Shown: positions 8,496 to 18,220 of the stretch, one piece after another
How the letters are laid out: every line of letters begins with the position of its first letter
Numbering within the stretch: position 1 is the first letter of the stretch
Assembly (NCBI GenBank): GCA_965662845.1
Contig: CBFIJD010000002.1
Span: 1 to 51,292 of the forward strand
From: an uncultured bacterium
GTDB lineage: Bacteria; SAR324; NAC60-12
Direction: 5' to 3'
Length of the DNA: 51,292 bases
The notes under the pieces: model-generated
What the model was told of the DNA's origin: nothing
Seen by the model: only the letters and a program-made list of their open reading frames with translations
Databases searched by the model: none
Made by a program: the position numbers and the translations under genes

Positions 8496-9782
8496 ATGAA
8501 TCCTAACGTTCTCCTATCCTTTTTGGATCAATCGCCCACGCCCTTTCATGCGGTGGAAGCGCTCAAACGGTCGCTGTATGAGCATGGCTTTCAGCAGCTG
8601 AGGGAGGGCGAGGTGTGGCGTGTTCAAGCGGGCGGGCGCTATTTTGTCACTCGTGGCGAAACCAGTATGGCCGCTTGGATTCAGGGCACCGACGCCGTCT
8701 CTGAGCAAGGCGTGCGCATGATCGGTGCGCACACGGACAGCCCGAACTTGCGCCTGAAGCCACAGCCTAACCTAAGCCGCCATGGCTACCGTCAGCTGGG
8801 GGTCGAAGTCTATGGCGGAGCGCTCCTCGCCAGCTGGACCGATCGGGATTTGTCTCTCGCAGGCCGAGTGTTCGCCGAAGTCCATGGGCACCTAGAGGCC
8901 TTCCCGCTGAAAGTGCAGCGCCCCTTGGTGCGGATTCCGCAGCTGGCGATTCATCTCAACCGTGAAGTGAACACCCAAGGGTTGTTGCTCAATAGACAAA
9001 AGCACTTGCCGCCGATCTTTGCGCTCAAAGATCGTTGGGAAGATGAGGACGCGCTGCGCGCCTGGTTGGGAGAGACGCTGCACCTGCCTGCGGAGAGCAT
9101 CCGCAGCTGGGATTTGAGCCTGTTCGATACGCAGCCCTCTGCGCTGTGGGGAACGCAGAGCGAATTCATCGCGGCGCCACGACTCGACAACCTGTTCTCT
9201 TGTTTTTGTGGGATGGAAGCGCTGTGTCAGGACGCGCGCGTGCAACCGTGGACACAGCTGTTGGTCTGCTTCGATCATGAAGAGATTGGCAGCGAGACCA
9301 CGCAAGGCGCAGAGTCTTCGTTTTTGGAGTTCGTGTTGCGTCGACTAGCAGAAGAGTCTGGGACGGCACAGGCTTATGAGCGCACGGTCGCGCAGTCGCT
9401 GCTCCTCTCAGCAGACATGGCGCACGCAGTTCACCCCAACTATGCAGAGCTGCATGACGGTCAACATTTTCCACAGATGAACGCGGGCCCGGTCATCAAA
9501 GTGAACGCCCAAGGCCGCTATGCGACCTCTGCGAAGACAGAGGCGCTCTTTGAACAAATCTGCAGCCGCCACAACATCCCTGTGCAAAAGTTTGTGATGC
9601 GCTCAGATCTTGCGTGTGGCTCGACGATTGGGCCGATCACTGCAGCCCGCCTGGGCATCGCAACGGTGGATGTGGGTGCGGCGATGTTGGCGATGCACTC
9701 CATCCGCGAGACGTGTGGTGTGGAAGACTTGGGGCACACCATCCGCGCGTTCTCCGGCTTCTATCGCGACGAACTTCTCTGA
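8496..9782 (+). CDS. apeB: M18 family (aspartyl) aminopeptidase
   Basis: SPTPFHAV, GAHTDSP, RLDNL, FDHEEIGS, SADMAHAVHPNY, GSTIGP, MHSIRE. Confidence 0.9.
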   Translation: MNPNVLLSFLDQSPTPFHAVEALKRSLYEHGFQQLREGEVWRVQAGGRYFVTRGETSMAAWIQGTDAVSEQGVRMIGAHTDSPNLRLKPQPNLSRHGYRQLGVEVYGGALLASWTDRDLSLAGRVFAEVHGHLEAFPLKVQRPLVRIPQLAIHLNREVNTQGLLLNRQKHLPPIFALKDRWEDEDALRAWLGETLHLPAESIRSWDLSLFDTQPSALWGTQSEFIAAPRLDNLFSCFCGMEALCQDARVQPWTQLLVCFDHEEIGSETTQGAESSFLEFVLRRLAEESGTAQAYERTVAQSLLLSADMAHAVHPNYAELHDGQHFPQMNAGPVIKVNAQGRYATSAKTEALFEQICSRHNIPVQKFVMRSDLACGSTIGPITAARLGIATVDVGAAMLAMHSIRETCGVEDLGHTIRAFSGFYRDELL

Positions 9783-9848
9783 ACTTCCTCTTGTATTCTT
9801 GGTCAAGCGTGCTGAAATAAGCGTTTTGTAACTTCTTTCAGCGCGCTT

Positions 9849-10697
9849 ATGCTTCCTTCTCTACGCTCCTCGCTCGTCGCTTCCCTCGCCTGCTTGCTCA
9901 CAAGCTGCACCTCGCTCAGCTTGGGCTACGATTACGGTGAATATTACGCCACCTGGCAACTTGACAAATATTTTGACACCACCTCTGCGCAAGAACGCTT
10001 TGTAGAGCCCGCCATTCAGACGCATTTGCAGTGGCACCGTCAACAAGAGCTGCCGAAATACATTTGGACGTTGCGAGAGGCGTATCTCGCGAAGAGCGAC
10101 GGGCTCTCCGAAGCGGAAATTCGTCAGCTCCTGCAAACATTTGAAGACCATCGTAACGCCGTGCTGGAGAAGATCCTGCCGGACGCTGCGCGCTTCCTTG
10201 CCACCCTCACACCAGAGCAACACCAAGCCTTTCAACAAGCGTCCGCCGCAGAGAACGTGGAGCTGGAAGAACGCTTGGCCTTACCGCTAGAGGAACGCCG
10301 CGAACAAGCCTTTGAAAATTGGCTAGAGAACTTGGAAGAATGGTATGGCGACTTATCCCAATCCCAGGTCGCTGCGCTGCGCCAGTGGCACTCTGAGCGC
10401 TTCGATGATGCTACGGATCCCACACGGCGACGCTTGGAGCGACGTTTGGCGACACAACGTCAATTCCTGAGCTTTTTGCAAACCCAACCGAGCCCCGCGC
10501 AAGCCGAGAGCTGGCTGCGTGATTGGATCGCTTCGTGGGGGCAACCTCGCACAGATCGCACGACCACAAGCTGGAATGATCGCACCGTCGAGCGGCTGCT
10601 CTTCATTGACTCAATCATCACCGCCGAGCAGCGTCAGCAAGCCCTCGCGCGGCTGCAAGACTACATCGACCAGATCGAATCCCTCACCCTCTCCTGA
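9849..10697 (+). CDS. Lipoprotein, DUF6279-like
   Basis: Lipobox LLTSC; WQLDKYFD...LQWHRQQELPKY pattern; helical. Confidence 0.6.
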   Translation: MLPSLRSSLVASLACLLTSCTSLSLGYDYGEYYATWQLDKYFDTTSAQERFVEPAIQTHLQWHRQQELPKYIWTLREAYLAKSDGLSEAEIRQLLQTFEDHRNAVLEKILPDAARFLATLTPEQHQAFQQASAAENVELEERLALPLEERREQAFENWLENLEEWYGDLSQSQVAALRQWHSERFDDATDPTRRRLERRLATQRQFLSFLQTQPSPAQAESWLRDWIASWGQPRTDRTTTSWNDRTVERLLFIDSIITAEQRQQALARLQDYIDQIESLTLS

Positions 10698-10705
10698 GTC
10701 TCACC

Positions 10706-11881
10706 ATGAAAAATCTTGCGTTGCCCATGGGGGCCGGTTTGTTGCTGATGGCCGTGCTCGGTGGCGTCTGGCTGTTCGCGCAAAACAAAGCCGCGCCGTT
10801 AGAACGTTCGGGCATCAACGTCGCGGACGCGCTCGGTGGCAGCGCCGAAGGCTACGCTCGCGCCTTAGAAGTGCGCCCGTTTGTGTTCCCAGCAGATCAC
10901 GGGCCGCACCCAGAGTTTCGCAACGAGTGGTGGTACTTCACAGGGAACCTAGAAACCTCGGACGGGCGCCCCTTTGGCTATCAATTTACGCTGTTCCGCA
11001 ACGCTCTCTCTCCAGAAGCACCAGACACCCAACACTCGAACTGGAAAACCAACCAACTTTACATGGGACACTTCGCCGTCTCCGATCTCGCCGCCGAGCA
11101 GTTTTACTTCGCTGAGCGGTTCCAAAGAGCGGCTGTCGAGCTCGCAGGAGCACAAGTGGACCCAGTGCGGGTCTGGCTAGATGACTGGGAAATCCTAGAT
11201 GTCAGCACAGGCGAAGGGCTGCAATGGAAAGTCTCTGCAAACCATGCAGACTTTGCCGTGAGCCTCGAAGTGCGCGAGCAAAAACCCCGCGTTCTGCAAG
11301 GAAATCAAGGATTGAGTCAAAAGGGACGCGAAGCCGGCAACGCCTCGTATTACTACTCCTACACAAGGTTGGAGGCGGCAGGGACGATTCGTACGGCAGA
11401 CGGCGTGTTTGCCGTGCGCGGGACGAGCTGGTTGGATCGGGAGTGGAGCACCAGCGCCTTAGAGGCGAATCAGGAGGGCTGGGACTGGTTTGCGCTACAA
11501 CTCAGCGATGATACGGAGATTATGTACTATCAGCTGCGACGCAAAGACGGCTCGCCAGACGAGACGAGCAAAGGTGTGTTTGTGAACCAGCGAGGCCAAA
11601 AGCGAGATCTGCGCTATCAGAATGTGACCCTGCGAGTTCAAGACACTTGGACTAGCCCGCACACCGGCGCAACGTACCCTTCAGGGTGGACATTGGACAT
11701 TCCTGAAGCCCAGCTCTCGCTGACCATCACCCCACGCATGCGCGATCAAGAACTACGGACTGCCGTCGCATACTGGGAGGGGTCGGTACACGTCGAAGGT
11801 GTGCGTGAGCAGCAGCCTGTCAGCGGCTTGGGCTACGTTGAAATGACCGGCTACGACGCCCGTTTGAATGCTCAAAACTGA
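10706..11881 (+). CDS. Lipocalin-like / CrtC (AttH)-type secreted protein
   Basis: FPADHGPHPEFRNEWWYFTGNL, ASYYYSY, WLDREWS, GWDWFALQL, YWEG, GYVEMTGY. Confidence 0.88.
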   Translation: MKNLALPMGAGLLLMAVLGGVWLFAQNKAAPLERSGINVADALGGSAEGYARALEVRPFVFPADHGPHPEFRNEWWYFTGNLETSDGRPFGYQFTLFRNALSPEAPDTQHSNWKTNQLYMGHFAVSDLAAEQFYFAERFQRAAVELAGAQVDPVRVWLDDWEILDVSTGEGLQWKVSANHADFAVSLEVREQKPRVLQGNQGLSQKGREAGNASYYYSYTRLEAAGTIRTADGVFAVRGTSWLDREWSTSALEANQEGWDWFALQLSDDTEIMYYQLRRKDGSPDETSKGVFVNQRGQKRDLRYQNVTLRVQDTWTSPHTGATYPSGWTLDIPEAQLSLTITPRMRDQELRTAVAYWEGSVHVEGVREQQPVSGLGYVEMTGYDARLNAQN

Positions 11882-13353
11882 AGCCACGTCGTCTTCAGCT
11901 CGCTGTATTTGTCCAGCGCGTGCAAAGACTTGTCGCGCCCGATGCCAGACTGCTTGAACCCACCAAAGGGGACGGTGATCCCACCGCCGTCGAAGCAGTT
12001 GACCCAGACGCTGCCCGCTCGAAGTTTGCGCGCAAAGGTGTGCGCAGCGCGGAGATCCTGCGTCCACACCGCAGCCGCGAGACCGTAGATCGTGTCGTTC
12101 GCGAGGCGCAGCGCCTCTGTGGCGTCGGCAAAACGAAACACGGACAACACCGGGCCAAAGATCTCTTCTTGTGCCAGCCGCGCTTTCGGCGCGACGTCTG
12201 TAAAAATCGTCGGCTCGATGAAACTCCGCGACGCAAGGTGTTCTAGCCGCCTCCCGCCACAGCGCAAGGTCGCGCCCGCTCGCTGACCAACCTCAATGTG
12301 TTCCAAGACCGTCTCGACTTGCTGCTGATCCACTAGCGGCCCCATCTGGGTGGTCGGATCCAGCGGATCACCGACGCGAATCGTCCGCGTGAACGCCAGC
12401 AGCTTCTCCAGAAACTCATCGTAGATCTCCTCCGCCAGCAGCAAGCGCGAACCCGCTGTGCACATCTCGCCCTGATTGTAGAAGATACCCCACGCTGCTG
12501 CTTCCACGACCACGTCTACATTCGGCGCGTCCGCCAGCACAATGTGGGGAGTCTTGCCGCCGCACTCCAGCCAGACGCGCTTCATGTTAGATCGCCCCGA
12601 GGCTTGCAGCAGCAGCTTGCCAACCCGTGTGGAACCGGTAAACGCGACGCAATCGACGTCGTGATGTCGAGCCAGCCAGTCTCCCGTGGAGCCATCGCCA
12701 ACAAGCAGCTGGAACGCACCTTCCGGGACGCCTGCGGCTTGAAGGAGCTGCGCTAGGCGCAGGGTCGAGAGGCACGCGCGCTCTGACGGTTTGAGGATCA
12801 CGCTGTTGCCCGTCACCAGCGCCGGCGCGATCTTCCAGGCAGACATGACCAGCGGAAAATTCCACGGCACAATGGCGGCGACCACTCCGAGCGGCTCTCG
12901 CGTCATCAAGGCGAGCGCGTCGGCGTCGCTGGGAGCGATTTCGTCATAGCGTTTGTCAACCGTCTCGGCGTACCAGCGAAAGCAGCGTATCGCTCCCGCC
13001 ACATCTACGTTGTAGGCGTCACGGATTGGTTTGCCGACGTCCAAGGCTTCGAGCAGCGCCAGCTCTTCGCGGTGTGTCTCCAGTAAGTCCGCGACGCCGT
13101 GCAAGATGCGTTTGCGCTCACTCAGGGAAAGCCCCCGCCAGCGTTCGTCGTCAAAGGCGCGACGAGCGGCGCCGACGGCGACATTGACTTCCTGTTCCCC
13201 GCAGACTGCCAGCTCACAGAGTGTCTGCTCCGTAGCGGAGTTGACGAGCGGCAGGCGCTCTCCAGAGCCATGTTGCCAATTGCCTGCGATGAGAGAGCGG
13301 TGCTCTAGTACCAATCCAGCGGCGCGGGTGCGCCAGTCAATTTGTGGGAGCAT
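11872..13353 (-). CDS. NAD-dependent aldehyde dehydrogenase (PuuC-like)
   Basis: IVPWNFPL, FTGST, LECGGK, NQGEMCTAG (catalytic Cys), EEIFGPV, PFGGFKQSG; start set at MLPQIDW. Confidence 0.9.
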   Translation of the reverse strand: MLPQIDWRTRAAGLVLEHRSLIAGNWQHGSGERLPLVNSATEQTLCELAVCGEQEVNVAVGAARRAFDDERWRGLSLSERKRILHGVADLLETHREELALLEALDVGKPIRDAYNVDVAGAIRCFRWYAETVDKRYDEIAPSDADALALMTREPLGVVAAIVPWNFPLVMSAWKIAPALVTGNSVILKPSERACLSTLRLAQLLQAAGVPEGAFQLLVGDGSTGDWLARHHDVDCVAFTGSTRVGKLLLQASGRSNMKRVWLECGGKTPHIVLADAPNVDVVVEAAAWGIFYNQGEMCTAGSRLLLAEEIYDEFLEKLLAFTRTIRVGDPLDPTTQMGPLVDQQQVETVLEHIEVGQRAGATLRCGGRRLEHLASRSFIEPTIFTDVAPKARLAQEEIFGPVLSVFRFADATEALRLANDTIYGLAAAVWTQDLRAAHTFARKLRAGSVWVNCFDGGGITVPFGGFKQSGIGRDKSLHALDKYSELKTTWLQF

Positions 13354-13544
13354 AGCGTTTGAAGAGGCGAAGAAGAGGTTAGCAATCGAAGCCGAGAGCG
13401 CTCCTGGACGCAGGGTCGGAGACGACCTGACGCGGGGCGTCTTCCCTCCATTCAACAGAGGTCAGCGCTTGTAGTGGTTTGAGAGCAGAAGGAGAGAGAG
13501 GGTTGCAGAGCAGGCGCGGTGACCTGCTCCAGAGGGCGGAGAGA

Positions 13545-14129
13545 TCAGGAGTTTGGGAGAGTCATGGCGACTTCGATAGCCAGCCCCACTTCCTCAGAGA
13601 CGGTCACGCCGCCAAGTTTTTGCAGCGGGCGGTTCCACTTTACATTGTAGTCCATGCGGTTGATCTGCCCTTCAGCACGAAACGCGGCGCGTCCGGGCAA
13701 GAACCCGAGCATCTCGCCTTCCAACACGACGGGCTTAGTGACGTCACGGATGGTCAAGTTGCCTTCTACACGATAGTTGTTGCCCCCAGTGCGCTCCACC
13801 TTGGTGCTCTCAAAAGTGATGGTCGGATACATTTCCGCGTTGAAGAAGTCATCGCTGCGCAGGTGTCCGTCGCGCTTGGCGTTGTCCGTATCAACCGAAG
13901 CCACCATGATCTCTGCGCGGATGTTGTTGAGGTCTTTGGTGTCTGGGTCGATCTCCACGAAGGCGTTGACGTCGTTGAACTTGCCGCGCACAGTCGAGAA
14001 CAGCATGTGCTTCACGGTGAAGCCGACGGTAGAGTGAACCTGATCAATCACATACTGGTTGGCCGCTTGTACTGAAACAAAGGAGCCAATCACAAACAAT
14101 GTCGCCAAAATGGCGGTCAACTTTTTCAT
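13545..14129 (-). CDS. YceI family polyisoprenoid-binding periplasmic protein
   Basis: Signal peptide; IDQVHSTVGFTVKH, RDGHLRSDDFF, YPTITFES, GNLTIRDVTK. Confidence 0.92.
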   Translation of the reverse strand: MKKLTAILATLFVIGSFVSVQAANQYVIDQVHSTVGFTVKHMLFSTVRGKFNDVNAFVEIDPDTKDLNNIRAEIMVASVDTDNAKRDGHLRSDDFFNAEMYPTITFESTKVERTGGNNYRVEGNLTIRDVTKPVVLEGEMLGFLPGRAAFRAEGQINRMDYNVKWNRPLQKLGGVTVSEEVGLAIEVAMTLPNS

Positions 14130-14365
14130 TGAGTCTCCTACAAATTGCGTGGATGAGGAAATGCGAAGGTCTCTTCGCGATGAGGGTGCCGGAGGCGCGG
14201 AAGGTGCCGATCGCTGCGACCCAACTCTCTCAAGTGTCTATGAATTTGGAGCGTTGTCAACTGGGAAACACAGGCGCTCTCGCGATCTCGTGGACACTTT
14301 GGGCTGGAGATGCTGCGCGCTGGCCACTCGTCACCTCCCGCGCTATTCCAGCGAAATCACAAACT

Positions 14366-14604
14366 ACTCTCGCAGAATCTTGATAGATTGAAATTATAAA
14401 AATATGAGCATTTTCATAGATTTGATCAATCATCACGCCGCCGTCTGACGCGCAGCCCCAAACGCACGCTTGCATCTTGTTAGTAATCAATTATTGCAAG
14501 TGCTAATCAACTAACCTCACTGGAGCGATCAACATGGACTCACGCAAATTTACTAAAAAATCTCTCGCCGCCTTGGAAGCCGCCCACGACAGCGCAGTGC
14601 GACG
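14366..14604 (+). repeat. Copy 1 (diverged) of ~240-bp direct repeat: clpB promoter, CIRCE and 5' end
   Basis: Aligns by eye with 15338-15575 at an offset of 971-972 (ACTCTCGCAGAATCTTGATAGATTGAAAT...CACTGGAGCGATCAACATGGAC...TCTCTCGCCGCCTTGGAAGCCGCCCACG). Confidence 0.95.
14480..14506 (+). promoter_or_regulatory. Degenerate CIRCE element (copy 1)
   Basis: TTAGTAATC-N9-AAGTGCTAA; 3 mismatches to TTAGCACTC-N9-GAGTGCTAA. Confidence 0.6.
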
Positions 14605-14677
14605 CGGTGATCGGCTCTATTGGATGGAGCGCAGACTCTGTCACAAGGGAGCCAACCGCATGATCGTGCCGTTGTGA
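14534..14677 (+). pseudogene. Truncated clpB 5' fragment (24 ClpB-like codons plus unrelated tail)
   Basis: [24 protein letters not shown] versus Clp[25 protein letters not shown], then diverges; TGA at 14675-14677. Confidence 0.8.
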
Positions 14678-14711
14678 AACAATTAAAAACAACATTTACA
14701 AACAAGGGACT

Positions 14712-15191
14712 ATGTGGACTTGGAGTGAAATTTGTGCGATGCCGCAAATGCAGGATATTCCTTGCAAAGTGGAAACAGATGAACATGGAAAAATCATCAT
14801 GGCTCCGGTCAAAGTACGTCATTCAGGATACGCGTGGGAAATTTTGATTTTGCTCCATAATTTGATGGATGGAGGCAAAGTTTTACCCGAGTGTGCAGTG
14901 ACCACTCCAAAAGGAGTGAAATCGGCGGATGTGGCGTGGTGTTCTTTAGAGCGTTGGTCTTTGATCAAAGATGATGATGCGGCACATATTGCTCCAGAAA
15001 TTTGTGTTGAAGTGATGTCTGAAAGCAACACAGTAAAAGAATTAGAGCTCAAATGTTTACTGTATTTACAGCAAGGAGCCGACGAGGCTTGGATTTGTGA
15101 CTTGGAAGGGAACTTGCGTTTTTTTAATCAGACAGGAGAGGTACTCCCCTCTGAGAAAGTCCCTAAAATGCCGAATTGGGTTGGTATCTGA
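14712..15191 (+). CDS. Uma2 (DUF820) family PD-(D/E)xK endonuclease
   Basis: GKIIMAP..RHS, ECAVTTPKGVKSADVAW, APEICVEVMSESN, K..LYLQQGADEAWICD; visibly AT-richer than its neighbours. Confidence 0.88.
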   Translation: MWTWSEICAMPQMQDIPCKVETDEHGKIIMAPVKVRHSGYAWEILILLHNLMDGGKVLPECAVTTPKGVKSADVAWCSLERWSLIKDDDAAHIAPEICVEVMSESNTVKELELKCLLYLQQGADEAWICDLEGNLRFFNQTGEVLPSEKVPKMPNWVGI

Positions 15192-15337
15192 CATCAAATC
15201 ATCCGGCAAGTTAATCTCAGACTTTTTCTGATGTGTTTGGGGACGTCACCCCACGTTACGATTCGCTTGTGACAAGACCAGCGCTGTCGTCCCTGTTGCG
15301 ACAAGCTCTCCGCGCTCCCCCAGCGCAACCGCCCCCG

Positions 15338-15575
15338 ACTCTCGCAGAATCTTGATAGATTGAAATCATAAAAAATCAGCGTTTTCATAGCTTTGATCAA
15401 TCATCACGCCGCTGCCTGACGCGCAGCTCCAAACTCACGCTTGCATCTTGTTAGCACTCAATTATGATAAGTGCTAATAAACAAACTTCACTGGAGCGAT
15501 CAACATGGACCCACGCAAATTCACTGAAAAATCTCTCGCCGCCTTGGAAGCCGCCCACGGCAGCGCGGTGCGACG
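15338..15575 (+). repeat. Copy 2 (intact) of ~240-bp direct repeat: clpB promoter, CIRCE and 5' end
   Basis: Matches 14366-14604 and continues into intact clpB. Confidence 0.95.
15441..15477 (+). promoter_or_regulatory. CIRCE (HrcA operator) overlapping a sigma70-like promoter of clpB
   Basis: TTAGCACTC-AATTATGAT-AAGTGCTAA at 15451-15477 (1 mismatch to consensus); TTGCAT(15441)-N16-TATGAT(15463); upstream of a heat-shock gene. Confidence 0.88.
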
Positions 15576-18099
15576 GCAGAACTCACAGATCCAGTCTCTG
15601 CACTTGCTGCATGCGCTCATCGAGCAAGAGGATGGGCTCGTGCCGCGACTGCTAGAGCAAGCAGGACACTCCCTGCCGGATCTACAAGCAAAGTTGAACC
15701 GCAAACTCGACGAACTCCCGACGATTCACGGCAACTCTGCGCCGCAAGTCAGCGGTTCTGGCGAGCTGAACCAAGCGCTTGTCCGCGCGGAAGACGAAGC
15801 CAAAAAGATGAAGGACGAGTTCGTGAGCGTCGAGCATTTGCTGCTGGCGCTGATCCACGAAGGCAAAAAAGGTAGCGCTGGACGCTTCCTGCAAGAGCTG
15901 GGTCTGACCCGCGAGCAGTGCTCTGCCGTGCTGAAAGAAGTGCGCGGGAGCCAGCGAGTGACCTCGCAAAATCCTGAAGAAACCTACCACGCCTTGGAGA
16001 AGTACGGGCAAGACCTGACACAGCGGGCGCTAGACGGCAAACTGGACCCAGTGATTGGGCGTGACGAAGAGATCCGCCGCGTGACGCAAGTGCTGTCGCG
16101 CCGCACAAAAAACAACCCTGTGCTGATTGGGGAACCGGGCGTTGGGAAGACCGCGATCGCGGAAGGGCTCGCTCAGCGCATCGCGCGGCATGACGTGCCC
16201 GACAGCCTGAAAGACAAACGCATCGTCGCGCTCGACATGGGCGCCTTGATCGCTGGAGCAAAATATCGCGGGGAGTTTGAAGAGCGACTCAAGGCGGTGC
16301 TGGGCGAGGTGCAGCAGTCCAATGGCAACATCATCTTGTTCATTGACGAGCTGCACACCGTCGTGGGGGCCGGCAAGACCGAAGGCGCGATGGACGCCGG
16401 CAACTTGCTCAAGCCGATGCTCGCCCGCGGAGAGCTGCACTGCATCGGCGCGACGACGCTCGATGAGTATCGCAAGCACATTGAGAAAGACCCGGCGCTG
16501 GAGCGGCGCTTCCAGCAGGTGATGGTTCATCAACCCAACGTGGCCGACACGATCTCGATTCTGCGCGGGCTCAAAGAGCGTTACGAAATTCACCACGGCG
16601 TGCGCATCAAAGACAGCGCCCTGATCGCGGCAGCGACCTTGTCACATCGCTACATCGCAGATCGATTCTTGCCCGACAAGGCGATTGATTTGATGGACGA
16701 GGCGGCAGCCAAACTGCGCGTCGAAATCAACTCTATGCCTGCCGAAATGGACGAGATCTCTCGCCGAATTCTGCAACTTGAGATCGAAAAAGAAGCCCTG
16801 AAAAAAGAAGAAGACGCCGCGTCTAAAAAGCGACTCGAGTCCCTCAGCCGCGAGTTGGCCGAGCTTCAGCACAAAATGGACACCTTCTCGCTGCAGTGGG
16901 AGAAAGAAAAGCAGGCGATCCTGTCGCTGAGTGACCTGAAGAAGCAGCTGGAGGAGGTCAAGCTGGCGATCGAACAAGCCAAGCGTAGCTACAATTTAGA
17001 ACAAGCCGCGCGGCTCGAGTATGGCGACCTGCCAGCCTTGGAGGCCCAGCTCAAAGCCGCACAAAGCAACGCCGAGCAGCACGAGAACCAGCTGCTCAAA
17101 GAGGAAGTCAGCAGCGAAGATATCGCGGAAATTGTGGCGCACTGGACTGGGATTCCGGTGAGCAAAATGCTGGAGAGCGAGCATGAGAAGCTGCTGCATT
17201 TGCCAGAGCACTTGCAGCAGCGCGTCGTGGGACAACACATCGCGATTGAGACGGTCTCCGACGCCGTGCTGCGGGCGCGCTCTGGGATCAACGACCCGCA
17301 TCGCCCGCTGGGGAGCTTCATCTTCTTGGGACCAACCGGGGTCGGGAAGACGGAGCTTGCGCGGGCGCTCGCGGAGTTCCTCTTTGATGATGAGCAGAAC
17401 ATCACCCGCATTGATATGTCGGAGTATATGGAAAAACACGCCGTCGCCCGGCTGATCGGCGCACCTCCAGGATACGTGGGCTACGAGGAAGGTGGGCAGT
17501 TGACCGAGGCCGTCCGGCGGCGCCCCTACAGCGTGATCTTGTTTGACGAGATCGAAAAAGCGCACCACGATGTCTTCAACCTTTTGCTGCAGCTGCTGGA
17601 TGACGGGCGCCTGACAGACTCGCAGGGGCGCACGGTGGACTTCCGCAACACGCTAGTGCTGATGACTTCTAACATTGGCTCAACGCGCATCATGGAACAG
17701 ACCGCGAACAACGTAGATTTTGTGACGATTCGTTCGGCGGTGATGGGCGAGCTGCGACAGCACTTCCGGCCCGAATTTTTGAACCGTGTGGACGATACGG
17801 TTGTGTTTCACCCGTTGCAGCGAGAGCATCTGCGTGACATCATCCGCATCCAGTTGCGGCGCCTGCAGCAGCGCTTGGACGAACGCCAAATTTTGCTGGA
17901 ACTCGATGACGCTGCGCTAGATTTGCTCACGGAGTCGGGCTTCGACCCGGTCTTTGGAGCGCGCCCTCTCAAACGAGCCATTCAAAAAGAGCTGGAGACG
18001 CCGCTCGCTCGTGCTCTGCTCGCTGGTTCGGTCAAAGTCGGGCAGACCCTGCGTGTGACCGCGAGAGAGCATCATCTGGAGTTTGTTTCCCAGCCGTGA
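15505..18099 (+). CDS. clpB: ATP-dependent disaggregase ClpB
   Basis: 864 aa; two AAA+ modules ([16 protein letters not shown]), long coiled-coil M domain, [13 protein letters not shown]. Confidence 0.97.
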   Translation: MDPRKFTEKSLAALEAAHGSAVRRQNSQIQSLHLLHALIEQEDGLVPRLLEQAGHSLPDLQAKLNRKLDELPTIHGNSAPQVSGSGELNQALVRAEDEAKKMKDEFVSVEHLLLALIHEGKKGSAGRFLQELGLTREQCSAVLKEVRGSQRVTSQNPEETYHALEKYGQDLTQRALDGKLDPVIGRDEEIRRVTQVLSRRTKNNPVLIGEPGVGKTAIAEGLAQRIARHDVPDSLKDKRIVALDMGALIAGAKYRGEFEERLKAVLGEVQQSNGNIILFIDELHTVVGAGKTEGAMDAGNLLKPMLARGELHCIGATTLDEYRKHIEKDPALERRFQQVMVHQPNVADTISILRGLKERYEIHHGVRIKDSALIAAATLSHRYIADRFLPDKAIDLMDEAAAKLRVEINSMPAEMDEISRRILQLEIEKEALKKEEDAASKKRLESLSRELAELQHKMDTFSLQWEKEKQAILSLSDLKKQLEEVKLAIEQAKRSYNLEQAARLEYGDLPALEAQLKAAQSNAEQHENQLLKEEVSSEDIAEIVAHWTGIPVSKMLESEHEKLLHLPEHLQQRVVGQHIAIETVSDAVLRARSGINDPHRPLGSFIFLGPTGVGKTELARALAEFLFDDEQNITRIDMSEYMEKHAVARLIGAPPGYVGYEEGGQLTEAVRRRPYSVILFDEIEKAHHDVFNLLLQLLDDGRLTDSQGRTVDFRNTLVLMTSNIGSTRIMEQTANNVDFVTIRSAVMGELRQHFRPEFLNRVDDTVVFHPLQREHLRDIIRIQLRRLQQRLDERQILLELDDAALDLLTESGFDPVFGARPLKRAIQKELETPLARALLAGSVKVGQTLRVTAREHHLEFVSQP

Positions 18100-18220
18100 C
18101 GCTTTCTAAGGAGCGCTGGGCGGCCGCGGAGGCCGGCTGCCCAAACCTCAAGAGAGAGGCGAGAGCGCTCCATCTCTTGCGCGGTTCCACGCTTTAACTT
18201 TCATCCCAGCTCACCATACT

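Noticed and set aside
10706..11881. Carotenoid biosynthesis locus
   Set aside because: The CrtC-like fold is widespread in AttH-type proteins, and no other crt genes are present in the window
14230..14260. Sigma70 promoter for yceI (TTGACA on the minus strand)
   Set aside because: Perfect -35 but no convincing -10 at 16-18 bp spacing
14366..14604. Repeat as an assembly duplication artefact
   Set aside because: The copies differ by many substitutions and an indel, which favours a real, older duplication; read-level confirmation is still needed
18118..18141. Intrinsic terminator after clpB
   Set aside because: A GC-rich imperfect hairpin is present but has no U-tract; too weak to call
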